Shown piece after piece: positions 39,083 to 49,123 of a stretch of 64,000 nt of DNA; the stretch's first letter is position 1, and each line of letters begins with the position of its first letter. The translations under genes were made by a program, and so were the position numbers. Location of the stretch: contig CBDAON010000004.1 of the NCBI GenBank assembly GCA_965198065.1, forward strand, positions 2,496,001 through 2,560,000, read 5' to 3'. A model generated the notes under the pieces. The model saw nothing but the letters and a program-made list of their open reading frames with translations. It was not told where the DNA came from and made no database searches. Origin of the DNA: Longimicrobiales bacterium (GTDB lineage: Bacteria; Gemmatimonadota; Gemmatimonadetes; Longimicrobiales; Gaopeijiaceae).

Positions 39083-40633
39083 GCTCACCCCCGAGTCCAC
39101 GCGCTGCTCCGCTGGGGACCACGGGCCGCTCCCGCTAACGCTTCGGGACACCCGAATGAACGCCTCGAACGGGAAGGGCGAAGTGTCGGCCGCTGGGGAG
39201 GCCCTCGCGACGTATCGGAGTTCCGCGATGAGACTTTGGACGGTTCGAGCGCCGTCCGGAGCCGACACCTGCGGCCCGTCGGGATCGAGGGCGGAGAAGG
39301 TGTCGGCCTCCTGGCGAAACACGTCCCATCCGACGCCCAACACGAGGGTCGCGCCCAGGCGGAAGCGCGGCACCAGGTTCACCCGCACGTGGCTTCCTGG
39401 AGTCCACTTCACGCGGGCGCGGGTGCGCCCCGGGCTGAACGGCTGAGACGGATCCGGCGAGAGCAGAGGCATCTCACGCCCCCCGAACCACGCTCCTTCG
39501 AGAAGTCCGGTCACGGAGAAGTGGCGCCAGAGGAGCGCCTCGGACTCGAGCCGGACTCGCATACCGGAGGCCCCACGCGTCGACGTGCCCGGAGCGAGGG
39601 CTCGGAGGGTGTCGGGCTTGGCGGTCGCGAAACGGAACGTTCCCGAGAGCTCCGAGCGAAAGGCGAAGGGCGACCCGTCGTTCGAGACCACGTCGAATAG
39701 GCGGACCGCCGCGTGGACCTCCACGTCCCCCAGATCGAAGAACGACTCCGGGGTGCCCACTGGAACCCCGTCCCCAGGCCAGGCCGGGGCCACCACCGTG
39801 CTCCGGAAGATCTCCTGGGTCAGCGCGGACACGGCGAGCGGCACCTCGGCCGGCGGGATCGCCCCCCAGCCCGCCAGCTGCGATAGGAGAGAGAGCCAGC
39901 GGGCCTCAATGGCGCCCCCGAGCTCTCTTCCCGCGCTGGGGAAGACCTCCTCAGCCTCGTAGGAGGTCTCGAGAAGCGATAGGAAGCCGTCGACCTCGTT
40001 GACGAGGTCACGTCCACCGAGGCACACCGCCTCTTCGTCGCCGGCCCCCGCGCAGTGCCCCTCGACCGCGTCCCGGGCCTCCCCGAGCGCGCTCGTTGCC
40101 TGGCCCAGGAAGTCACTCACCGCTCCGGGCGCGGAAAGGGCCGGATTCAGCCCCACGTTCGCTCCTTCGGCGGAGTATCGGAGGATCGCGCCCATCTGCC
40201 TACGGATGATCGGGACCGTGATGCCGATCGCGACGCGGTCGAGGACCCCGTACCAAAGGTCCAGGGGCACCACGTGCTCCTCGAGCGAGAGCCGCCCGTC
40301 GGACTTGCCCAGTCTGAGCGGCACGGCGCCACCTCCCGCCAGCTCGTGGAAGCGCGCTTCGGTGGGCTCGAGAGCGGGGGCGTGCCGTGTGCCGATGTCG
40401 GAGAGGAAGAAGTGGCTCCCTAGGGGGGTCTCTGCGCCGGACGCGTAGAGGCCGTCCACGACCAGGAAGGAGGGCTCCAAGCGAAGGAGGAATGTTCCGC
40501 GGGACACCACCGAGCCACCTTCGAGCTGACCGCGGGCGGGGCCAGCGAGCGTGAGGAGCAGGGAGACACCGACCGAAGCCGGCCGGGCGACCAACCCCAC
40601 CGCGGAGAGGGCATCCCGGAGGAGAGATGTCAT
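39065..40633 (-). CDS. Hypothetical secreted, probable outer-membrane beta-barrel protein
   Basis: Signal-peptide-like N-terminus, alternating beta-strand patterns, Cys-pair helical insert; convergent 18-nt overlap with recN. Confidence 0.7.
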   Translation of the reverse strand: MTSLLRDALSAVGLVARPASVGVSLLLTLAGPARGQLEGGSVVSRGTFLLRLEPSFLVVDGLYASGAETPLGSHFFLSDIGTRHAPALEPTEARFHELAGGGAVPLRLGKSDGRLSLEEHVVPLDLWYGVLDRVAIGITVPIIRRQMGAILRYSAEGANVGLNPALSAPGAVSDFLGQATSALGEARDAVEGHCAGAGDEEAVCLGGRDLVNEVDGFLSLLETSYEAEEVFPSAGRELGGAIEARWLSLLSQLAGWGAIPPAEVPLAVSALTQEIFRSTVVAPAWPGDGVPVGTPESFFDLGDVEVHAAVRLFDVVSNDGSPFAFRSELSGTFRFATAKPDTLRALAPGTSTRGASGMRVRLESEALLWRHFSVTGLLEGAWFGGREMPLLSPDPSQPFSPGRTRARVKWTPGSHVRVNLVPRFRLGATLVLGVGWDVFRQEADTFSALDPDGPQVSAPDGARTVQSLIAELRYVARASPAADTSPFPFEAFIRVSRSVSGSGPWSPAEQRVDSGVSLVIGG

Positions 40634-40750
40634 CGAGAACCAGGGGGGCTTTCGTAGGCTGGTCGCGGACCGGACGCGGACCGAAAGATAAGGGCGCCGA
40701 GGAGGCCCACCAACGGCCTCGAAACGGGGCTGTGTGAGGGCCCGAAGATC

Positions 40751-40779
40751 TTGACGCCCCTAGGGGTTCCGTCTAGCTT
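40751..40779 (+). promoter_or_regulatory. Putative sigma70 promoter of tRNA-Gly/tRNA-Cys
   Basis: TTGACG-17 nt-TAGCTT. Confidence 0.6.
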
Positions 40780-40831
40780 CCACCGTCCCGGGAACGGCCC
40801 TGTTTCGGGGTGAAGCGCCGTCGTCGCATTC

Positions 40832-40904
<73 letters not shown>

Positions 40905-40960
40905 CTTCCCGGACGGGGGGCTCGACGCGCGGGTTCGCGGAGCCCCCCATTTCCATTTCA

Positions 40961-41031
40961 GGCGCCGTGGCCAAGTGGTAAGGCAGAGGACTGCAAATCC
41001 TCTATCCCCGGTTCGAATCCGGGCGGCGCCT
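40961..41031 (+). tRNA. tRNA-Cys(GCA), CCA not encoded
   Basis: Acceptor GGCGCCG/CGGCGCC, anticodon arm GAGGA-CTGCAAA-TCCTC, T loop TTCGAAT. Confidence 0.97.
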
Positions 41032-41104
41032 CTTTAGGTTAATCTGCTCCCAACGTGCAGGTGCTGGATCTCGACGCATTGAAGGGCCTGCTGGAGGTGC
41101 CTTA

Positions 41105-41464
41105 TCACACGAACCGAAGCGCCTCGAGGGGATCCGTCCTGGAAGCTCGTCGAGCGGGCAGATACGAAGCGACGAGCGCAACTGAGGTCAGCAGGGCGGC
41201 CACGGCCCCGAAAGTGAGGGGGTCCATGGCTTCAACACCAAACAGCCACGAGGAGATGAGGCGCGTAAGTCCGACAGCCGCGACGAGTCCGACCGCAACG
41301 CCGATGCCGGTCAGGATCACGCCCTGTCGCAGCACCATCCGACGTACGTCACGGCTGTCCGCTCCGAGCACCATTCGCACGCCGATCTCCCGCGTGCGTT
41401 GACTCACGACGTACGAGATGACGCCGTAGATCCCGACCACGCCGAGGGCGAGCGCCACGGCGGC
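41105..41464 (-). pseudogene. C-terminal FtsX domain of a MacB-like ABC permease, fused in frame to an IS3 orfA start
   Basis: GIYGVISYVVSQRTREIGVRMVLGA, YLPARRASRTDPLEALR. Confidence 0.85.
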
Positions 41465-41662
41465 CTGCTCGGTGATGCCGAGCTCCCGGCTGATCAGCTT
41501 CACGGATTTGCCGCCGGCCAGACCGACCTCTGCCTCCCGCACTGCAGTGATGATCTGCTCCGGAGTGTGTCGCTTCCTTCCCATCCTGACCTCCTCGCTG
41601 AAAAGCTTCGGACCAGGTCGATCCTAACATTGCACCTGGTCTCGTTTCAGGGGGTCAGGTCA
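41465..41662 (-). mobile_element. IS3-family left end with truncated orfA
   Basis: End TGACCTGACCCCCTGAAACGAGACC; MGRKRHTPEQII...GITEQ; near-identical to 56620-56817. Confidence 0.88.
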
Positions 41663-41753
41663 ATCCCGACTTTCCGAGTCCGAGCTGAAGCGGCTGTCGA
41701 GTTTGGTGGACGAGGCGCGGAAACGCGAAGCATCTGAGGAGGACGACTCATGA
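41663..41753 (+). pseudogene. 3' remnant of a BlaI/MecI-type repressor cut by IS3
   Basis: SRLSESELKRLSSLVDEARKREASEEDDS* with an ATGA overlap into the M56 gene. Confidence 0.6.
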
Positions 41754-42754
41754 CTATGTGGATCGAATTGCCCGGCGTCGTCGCAGGCGCCTGGTTTCCG
41801 TTCTTGATGGACGTGGCTCTCAAGAGCGCTGTGGTTCTCCTTGTGGCCTTCGCCGTGACGCCGGCTCTTCGGAAAACCTCGGCCTCGGTGCGCCACCACA
41901 TATGGACCCTGGCGTTCGTGGCCGTCCTGGCGCTTCCGGTGCTGGCTGCGACACTGCCGTCGTGGCAAGTACCTGTCGCCGCATGGACTGCGTCTCGGAG
42001 TGTGATCGCGACGGAAACGCTGCGGACGGCTGCTGCGCCCCCTGCGAACGTCCCATTTTCGACGGCAACCGGGAGCCTGCCCGGTGCCGCCACCTTGGAC
42101 GAGATCCCTCCGCTGGGAGACCAAGCTTCGGAGGCGACCGGTGTGACCGCAGCGAGATCTTCGGACGTCGCCGACGTTCTGGGCACGCCCTTCGGGTCCA
42201 TCTGGGAATTCGTGCTGTTCGTATGGATCGTGGGAGCGTTCCTCCTCCTGGGGCGCCTCATGATCGGGGTGGTGTCCGCCTGGTGGACGAGCCGTGTGGC
42301 AGTGCCTATCGAAGATCCGGGGTGGCTTGAGATAATCGCCCAGCTGAAGACGAGGCTCGGCATCGGTGGGAAGATTCGAGTGCTCCGGAGCTCATGGGTG
42401 AGCACCCCGATGGTCTGGGGCATCCTGCAGCCGGCTCTCCTCCTCCCAGACGAGGCACTCAAGTGGTCGGTCGACCGTCGGCGCGCCGTGGTACTCCACG
42501 AGCTTGCGCACGTGAAGCGTCGGGACTGTTTGGTGAACGTCGTCGCACTGGCGACTCGGGCGCTCCATTGGATGAACCCCCTTGCCTGGATCGGCGCGAA
42601 GCGGATTCGGGCCGAGCGCGAGCGCGCCTGTGACGACATGGTCCTCCGGGCCGGCACGGTAAGCGCGGACTACGCCGCGTTTCTCCTCGACGTGGCTCGC
42701 CACGGGGGAGACCGTCGTCTCGGGTGGGCGGCGGGACAACACACGTTCGCCTGA
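41750..42754 (+). pseudogene. BlaR1/M56 family peptidase, probably C-terminally truncated
   Basis: SASVRHHIW, TPMVWG, VVLHELAHVKRRD, HWMNPLAW, ERERACDD; ends just after the M56 domain. Confidence 0.75.
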
Positions 42755-43086
42755 CTCCGGAGGCCGCTTCCGTCGCCAACGGACTGGCGGGGGATTCGAT
42801 CCTCGTACTTGCCGGGCTGGGACCGCTCAACAGGTCGCAAGTCGTCACGCTGGCGTGTCATCTGCTCTCGCTGGTGGCCAACGACTTGGCGGAGACGGGT
42901 GAGGACGGAGACCCCCGCATGGTCACCGACGTGGTGCCTGTCGGGGTGCTGGACCTGCTCTACAACCGTTGGCTCGCGCATCAAGACGCCAGAGACACCG
43001 GAGACGCGAACCGCGTGCGGCTCGGCAAGCTGAACGAGGCAATGAAGCACATCGCACAGGTGTCCACCGGGGCGCTGAGCGAATAG
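42755..43086 (+). pseudogene. C-terminal fragment of an unknown protein
   Basis: Protein-like frame with no convincing start. Confidence 0.35.
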
Positions 43087-43238
43087 GACGGAGGGGATAG
43101 CCAGTCGTCCAGTTGCGCGAGCGCTGGAGCGGATTCGGAGGCCCCGCGCTCCGACGGTCGGTTCGGCATCAGCGCTGCGCTCCCGACGCCGCCGACCTGT
43201 CGGACTCGACGCGTGCGCGCCCCCTTTGGCAAGGGCTC

Positions 43239-43565
43239 TCAGGCCACGACACGGTGGATTCGGCGCCCGGGATCGCCCGAGAGGACAACGATCACTTCCG
43301 CGACAAGCGGTCTCAACTCCTGCAATCGGGTGCGAGCCGCGATCATGATGACGACGGGGATCGGAAGATCCCGGACGTTCTGCTGATACGCGAAACCTTG
43401 GTCCACCGTGACGAGGACATCGAACCCGTGGTCCGCCGCGAGGCGCAGTAACTCTCCGTTCGTGCACCCCGCCCAGCCCATCTGCTGCACGGTGCGCGTT
43501 CCAAACGACTCGGGAAACGCCGACGCGAGCCGCCTTGGAACGGATTCGTCCAGCAACACCCTCAC
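43239..43565 (-). CDS. DUF5615-like PIN-domain toxin (VapC45-like)
   Basis: VRVLLDESVP...GW...NGELL...FDVLVTVDQGFAYQQN; GTGA overlap with the antitoxin. Confidence 0.85.
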   Translation of the reverse strand: MRVLLDESVPRRLASAFPESFGTRTVQQMGWAGCTNGELLRLAADHGFDVLVTVDQGFAYQQNVRDLPIPVVIMIAARTRLQELRPLVAEVIVVLSGDPGRRIHRVVA

Positions 43566-43774
43566 CGGGCATCGCCCACAAGTTGCGCCGTCATCCGTTC
43601 GAGCAGCCCGACGGCCTGCTCCCTCGTTACCGTGGGGTAGTCGTCCAGAAAGTCGTCGAGCCGGTCGCCGGCCTCGAGGTGCTCCATCAGGATCCGCACG
43701 GGAACCCTGGTCCCCGAGAACACGGGAGTTCCGCCCAAGATGTCGGGGTTCCTGTCGATGATCTTTTCGGTCAT
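43562..43774 (-). CDS. DUF433 antitoxin (VapB45-like)
   Basis: PDILGGTPVFSGTRVPV...FLDDYPTV; ATGA overlap with the RM gene stop. Confidence 0.9.
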   Translation of the reverse strand: MTEKIIDRNPDILGGTPVFSGTRVPVRILMEHLEAGDRLDDFLDDYPTVTREQAVGLLERMTAQLVGDAR

Positions 43775-46700
43775 TGCGGCCTCCTCTCGGGTCCGTCGGA
43801 TGACGCCAGCAGTAGCGCGCCAATTCGCCGTGCGGTGTCGGTGAAGTGCTGAACTTCCTCGGCACGAAGTTTCCTGCTCAGTACCCTGTGCTCCCGGTAT
43901 GACAACCACTTCTTGAGGATCTGGTAGCCACCGAGCCTGTAGTCCCAGACCGCGGAGGGGATGTTGCGCCAGAATGCCTCCCCGTTCAGGTAGACATCGA
44001 AGGTCTTGTCGCCGAGAACCGGCAACGCGTCCAACATGGCCGTAATTTCCTCCGGTGTGTAGGCTCGTTCCTCGGCGCGGCCTCGGCCGGGCATCACAGC
44101 GTCGCCCGACCCGTAGTGCCCCCAGCCGACGGTGACGACGAAATCGGCGCCCGCCATGTTGCGTCCCCCGACGGTACACGGAACAGCGATAGCGGCGGCG
44201 GCGGGACGCAGCGGGGTTCGAGTGACGCCGGGCACCGGCGTTTCTGGATCGAGTAGAGCGGCTAGCTCGCACCCATGTGTCGCCGACCGGGCGAGCGCCT
44301 CAGCTGCTCCTTCAGCCTCGCCGTCTGGCCAGCCGGGCAGCGGGAGGCGCGGCCATCCCATCCGGAGTGCTCCGGCATTGGCCTCCCGGTAAGCCGGATC
44401 GTGGAGAACGGCGAGAACATGGTGGAATAGATCCTCGACACCGACGCCGAGACGATCGAGATAGCGTTGCACCATCACGGAGAGATTTGCCCGGCGTGGT
44501 CCCTCAACATCGGTTCCGACGCCATCATTGCGGAGCCAAGCAGGAAAGAAGTGTGACCTTCCGTTTCCGAAGTCACCAGCAAGATAACTGACTAAGGTTC
44601 CACGGGAAAAATCTTCCTTTGCGTCGCGTGTACGGGCTTCGATCCACATGTTTCCTTCGAACACATGCGGCCTGTAGTCGGCCCTCTTCTCGTCAAGCAG
44701 CTTCGTGTCGCTTTCCCAATAGAGCCAGCGGTTGTCGAATGGTCGGTACGCGAAGCGGATGAATCCAGATTCATCCGGACCACCGCGTTTCAACAACGCG
44801 TCGCGAACCGCGCGGGCGTGGAACCGTGCCGTGGTCTTCATGGCACCCGGATAACGCCGCGTGATTTCCTCGTGGCTCAGGTTCGAGTCGAAGTAATCCG
44901 CGACGCGTGTCCGCAGCCGGTCGAGATCGACATCAACGAGGAACTTGTCGCGGCTGGTCGTGACGCCGGGGAACGACGCCGGGAACAGATCGGGCAACGC
45001 GGGCCAGTCGAACCAGTCGGGGCTCACCGCAGTTGGCTTGAATGGCAGGCCCAGCCGAAGATTCGGCTCAAGTGTTGAGTAGCCGGCATCGACGGAGTCC
45101 GCAACGAGGCTGTCCAATAGTGCTTGCCGTCTCTCATCAGCCTTGGCTTGGTGGAAGTCACGGTACCAAACTTGGCCGCGCGGCGGCCTGCCGTTGCTGG
45201 TTCCAGACTTGGAAGCAAGGGTGATGCTGGTTCCAACCTTGATGCCCGGCGACTTTCCTTGGACCGCAAAGGCCGTTTCACTGGTCCTTCCATCTGGAGC
45301 GTACTCCGATATGATGCGGTCTCCATGTAGGTTGTCGATCCGGATCGCGTCGAACGCTTCGAGGTAGCGCTCCCGCATCCCGGTGAAGGACAACCCGTCG
45401 AGCCAGGAATAGTTGGAGATGAAGCAGACCACGCCCTGGCCGGTCTTCTCCGCGATGCGCCGCTCCGCCATGCGGAAGAAGCGGACATAGAGATCGTTCA
45501 GGCCCTGGCCTTCAGGCCGGCGCACGCGCCTGGTCGTGCGATAGGCTTCCGAGAGCTCGCGTTCCTCGTCCACCGCCATGCCCGCGAAGCCGTTGTAGGG
45601 CGGGTTCCCCAGGATCACCAGAATCGGTGTCTCCTGCTTCACCCGATCCGCCCGGTCGCGTTCCTCTTCAAGCTCCGGGAAGGGAAGCGGCTTGTTCATG
45701 TGCGCCTCCCATCCGGTCAGCGCGTTGGTGAGGAATACTCCCGCGCGCTCGGTTCCGTCGTCCGCCAGCGTCGCGTCGAGGTTCTGCATGGTCAGGCCGA
45801 CCTGCAAATGCGCCACGACGAACGGCGCGGGCATGATCTCGAATCCGAACACCCGCTCGGTTGCCGCCTTCCTCACCGCCACGCCCGCGAGCGCACCGCG
45901 TCCTTGTCCTTGGAGATTGAGAGCGATGCGTCGGAGCACTTCCGCCAGATAGGCCCCCGTGCCGCAGCACGGGTCCAGCACATAGACGTTCTCCGCCGCG
46001 AGTCCGTCGGAAATGCCGAGATCGTCCTTCAGCGCCTTGTCCACACGGGCCACCATATAGCGGACCACTTCCGTCGGCGTGTACCAGACGCCCAACTGCT
46101 TGCGGAGGGCGGGGTCGAAGGCTTCGAGGAACGGCTCGTAGAAATACGGCACCGCCTCGCCCTCGTTGAACCGCGAGAAGAACTCGGCCCGGTCCACGCG
46201 GTCGAGTGCCGCAGCCGTCCAGTCCAGCACCTCGACCAGGCCGAGCGACTGCAAACGTCCCGGGTCGGACAACTGATGAAACAAAGCTCGCAGCACGGGC
46301 GCACGCAGGTACCAGCCCGCGTCGTGCCACCGGAACCGCGCCGGATTGTAGCCGCCCTCGAACAGCGGGCCATCGCTGTTCCTCGTCTGCCGTGACCACA
46401 GCACCCACGCGGAGAAGACGCCGTAGAACAACGTTTGAATGAGCGTCGAACGGAAAAGGCGTTCCCCGCGCCTGCCCTCGAACCGAATCCCGAGTGCTTC
46501 TTCCAGCGCCGACCGGACCGTAAGGAGCGATGGCGCGTTCCCCGCCGCCTCGACACGGGCCAAGCCGTCGCGTGCGTAGGAAGCGAGCAGCCACGCCAAG
46601 TCCTTCGGCTCGGCCAGAGCGGCCCGGTGCGAGAGCGCCCGGGCCAGATACTCGCCGAGGCCCGCGCCGACCTGCCCGGCGAAGGCGCGGGGCCTCTTCA

Positions 46701-47175
46701 CCTTGCGCCAGAAGTCGTCCGCATCCTCGGCCAAGTGGAAGGCTTCGAGTCTAGCGGGGCCGCCCACGCCGTCCGCGCCCACCAAGACGAAGTCCCGTAA
46801 ATTCGTCACCATAACCAGACGGTAACGGTCCCAATAGCGGCTCACCTGATCGGATTTCGCCGTCAACCAAGCATCGTCACCAACGCCCTTGACCTCGACG
46901 ACGCCACGCTCGGGAACCTGCCCCGGCCTCGGACGGCCCTTCTGAACCTGCCTCGCCGTGTACAGGGCAAAGTCGGGATGGCCGGCCCCCTGATCCGCCA
47001 GTTCCAGCACGCAGAACACCTTGGGCTTGAGCGTGGATCCGACCGCGCGCAACAAGCCCTCCAGCGCCGGATAGTACGAGCGCTCTCCCGTCGCGCCGCC
47101 CGATGCGCGCACGCGCCGGAGATCGGCGAAATACGCCTCCACCGCAGCGAGCAGCTTCTTGTTCGATCCGGCCAT
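43771..47175 (-). CDS. Single-chain restriction-modification enzyme: PD-(D/E)xK nuclease, N6-adenine MTase and Type ISP-like specificity domain, no helicase
   Basis: HPDFALY...VVEVK, GVWYTP, VLDPCCGTGAYL, ILGNPPY, YRPFDNRWLYW, WDYRLGGYQILKKWLSYRE; 1134 aa. Confidence 0.88.
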   Translation of the reverse strand: MAGSNKKLLAAVEAYFADLRRVRASGGATGERSYYPALEGLLRAVGSTLKPKVFCVLELADQGAGHPDFALYTARQVQKGRPRPGQVPERGVVEVKGVGDDAWLTAKSDQVSRYWDRYRLVMVTNLRDFVLVGADGVGGPARLEAFHLAEDADDFWRKVKRPRAFAGQVGAGLGEYLARALSHRAALAEPKDLAWLLASYARDGLARVEAAGNAPSLLTVRSALEEALGIRFEGRRGERLFRSTLIQTLFYGVFSAWVLWSRQTRNSDGPLFEGGYNPARFRWHDAGWYLRAPVLRALFHQLSDPGRLQSLGLVEVLDWTAAALDRVDRAEFFSRFNEGEAVPYFYEPFLEAFDPALRKQLGVWYTPTEVVRYMVARVDKALKDDLGISDGLAAENVYVLDPCCGTGAYLAEVLRRIALNLQGQGRGALAGVAVRKAATERVFGFEIMPAPFVVAHLQVGLTMQNLDATLADDGTERAGVFLTNALTGWEAHMNKPLPFPELEEERDRADRVKQETPILVILGNPPYNGFAGMAVDEERELSEAYRTTRRVRRPEGQGLNDLYVRFFRMAERRIAEKTGQGVVCFISNYSWLDGLSFTGMRERYLEAFDAIRIDNLHGDRIISEYAPDGRTSETAFAVQGKSPGIKVGTSITLASKSGTSNGRPPRGQVWYRDFHQAKADERRQALLDSLVADSVDAGYSTLEPNLRLGLPFKPTAVSPDWFDWPALPDLFPASFPGVTTSRDKFLVDVDLDRLRTRVADYFDSNLSHEEITRRYPGAMKTTARFHARAVRDALLKRGGPDESGFIRFAYRPFDNRWLYWESDTKLLDEKRADYRPHVFEGNMWIEARTRDAKEDFSRGTLVSYLAGDFGNGRSHFFPAWLRNDGVGTDVEGPRRANLSVMVQRYLDRLGVGVEDLFHHVLAVLHDPAYREANAGALRMGWPRLPLPGWPDGEAEGAAEALARSATHGCELAALLDPETPVPGVTRTPLRPAAAAIAVPCTVGGRNMAGADFVVTVGWGHYGSGDAVMPGRGRAEERAYTPEEITAMLDALPVLGDKTFDVYLNGEAFWRNIPSAVWDYRLGGYQILKKWLSYREHRVLSRKLRAEEVQHFTDTARRIGALLLASSDGPERRPQ

Positions 47176-47289
47176 CGTGTCTTCCCAGCGATTCGGACGA
47201 GCCTCTGCCGTGAGGCTCCCATCCGGCGATTCAAGGAAGATATCACGTCGAAACGGTTCACTGGCGGCATCGGTCTTGTCCAACACCGA

Positions 47290-47400
47290 GTCAGGCCGAC
47301 CGGGGCAGTGGGGAGTGAGTCCACCGGGCCGACGTATGCTCGAGGGTTGGCTAGGGGAGGGAGCCCAGGAGTTGATTCAGGGCATCCTGGAGGAAGCCGA
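47290..47400 (+). mobile_element. Possible IS256-like transposase N-terminal scrap
   Basis: LEGWLGEGAQELIQGILEE resembles IS256 transposase N-terminal helices. Confidence 0.3.
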
Positions 47401-47404
47401 GAGC

Positions 47405-47763
47405 GGCACGCCACCGACACCGTGTACGTGGTGGACTACGTCTCCGGCGGCGGTACTGGCCCGACGACACCCGAGCCACCTCAGCCTCCCCAGGTCGATG
47501 GAGATTGCGCAGTTCGCGATCTGACCAAGACCGAGTTCCTGCCCGGCGAGCTGTACTGCGGGCAGCTTCACAGCCTGACAGAGGCATGGACGCACTACGC
47601 CCGGGCACCAAGGTCGACTGGAGATACAGTCGCGGATGGAATCCTGGTGTTCACTTCGTACAACCGGATCTGCGCCTACATCGGCTCGTGCCGCGCAACT
47701 GAGAGCGACGACGAGGTCCACACGTCCGGAACCTCCACCTACCAGTGGATCACGGTGCGGTAG
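47405..47763 (+). pseudogene. C-terminal fragment of a probable secreted or surface protein
   Basis: Gly/Pro/Thr linker GGGTGPTTPEPPQPP then a four-Cys domain; no start codon. Confidence 0.4.
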
Positions 47764-48137
47764 GTCACGTTGGCAGCACTGTTGCTCATCGGCGTGATAC
47801 GCCGTCGGGCCGGGAACCTGCGACGCACCTGCCGGCCCGACGGCGAACGCGCTCCGGTGCAAGCACCGTCACCGATTGCTCGGCGAAGAGCGCCCTATGC
47901 GAGGCAACAGGGCAGAAACTTACCGGCGGCGCGACCGTGCCCGCCCCGGTCACCACCTCCAGAAGCCAGTGCGCCTCCACGCCCTGGCCGAACTACACCA
48001 GGTCAACGGGCCCCCGGTTCCCGACGGCGGCGCCGTCCTCCGCTTCGGCCCTCCGAGTGACCCGCATGACCCGCTACGGCTCAGTAAGCCCGTAGAGCTG
48101 GCGTTCACCACCGGCCCGCCGCCAGTCATGGCCGCGC

Positions 48138-48214
48138 CGGGCGAGCGCGGGCGCGTCCAGATGGACAATTGGGCGGAGTATCTGGCGGGCCGGGGAGCAA
48201 GCACCGAGGCTTAA
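48138..48214 (+). pseudogene. Possible tyrosine integrase C-terminal tail
   Basis: ERGRVQMDNWAEYLAG resembles the terminal helix of P4-like integrases. Confidence 0.35.
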
Positions 48215-48859
48215 CCTAATCTTCGTTGTGCCGCCGCTTCCGCGACGGGCTCAGAGGCCGTTTCCGGGCGTTCCACGGGCATTTCGGGAAAGCTACGGGC
48301 CGTCGGATCGCCGCTGACGCGCGATCGCGGGTCGCCGAGGGGTACGGGTAGGGCGGAATGCGGCCACGGCAGAGAGCACCGCCGTCACCAAGGAGCGCCT
48401 GGTCACCCGTCGCCCTCGTCCTCCGTGACGCTGGTGAACAGTAGGCCGAGGAGCTTGTCCGCGACGGACCGGGGGCTCGTGAGCGAGCCGGATGTCGTAC
48501 GCGGCCTCCAGGGCCTCCCGGCGATCCTGCACGCGCCAGAAGACCGGGGTGGGCTCCCCGCCGACCATCGTAATCGTCACCCTCATCGTCCCTCACCCTC
48601 TGTCCTCAGAGCCGCCGGCTGATGAACGACGGGACGGCCGACTTGGCCGGTGAGCGTTGCGCCCGGACCCCGGTCCCAGCCGCTAATTGCGAGCTGTCGA
48701 GGCCCGATCCGTTGGGCGGGCCAAGGCTGGCTCCTGACACCGTTAGGCGTCATGAGCCAGCCTACCCTTTGGGGCCACGCTTCGCGGGTCCCCGGCAGGG
48801 GCTGGCGAGGGTGGCTCCGCCCCCTTCGATTCCCTGGACGCCCGCGCTCCGGCAGGCCA

Positions 48860-48930
48860 TGGCGCGCACGCGGCCGGCAGGTCGCGCGCATCGGCGGCAA
48901 CCTCAACCACCTCGGGGCAGTTTCGGGCTT
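48860..48930 (+). pseudogene. MobC-like relaxosome accessory protein remnant
   Basis: RQVARIGGNLNHL resembles the MobC xRIGNNLNQ motif. Confidence 0.5.
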
Positions 48931-49084
48931 GGTCGAGCGCCGACGCCGACCTCACTGGGACGACTTGCCGAGCCACCTAGCTGGTGAAAAGCCGCGACCG
49001 GCGGCCGGATTCGTTGATACGCCGCGCTCGCAGCGGCGCTTGATGGCCTTCCCGCTAGGGATTGCTGGAGGGGAGCGACCCCCG

Positions 49085-49123
49085 GCGGAGGGTGGCATGG
49101 GTGTGCACATGCCAACCCTCCGC
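49085..49123. repeat. Inverted repeat, 15-bp stem with one bulge
   Basis: GCGGAGGGT-GGCATG [8 nt] CATGCC-A-ACCCTCCGC. Confidence 0.75.

Noticed and set aside
40915..40948. GGGGGGCTC/GAGCCCCCC hairpin between the tRNAs as a separate ncRNA or terminator
   Set aside because: Ordinary spacer hairpin in a tRNA operon without a clear U tract
48700..48750. Two GTTRRRY words (GTTGGGC 48711, GTTAGGC 48742) as attC ends
   Set aside because: No matching RYYYAAC left arm or convincing downstream cassette ORF
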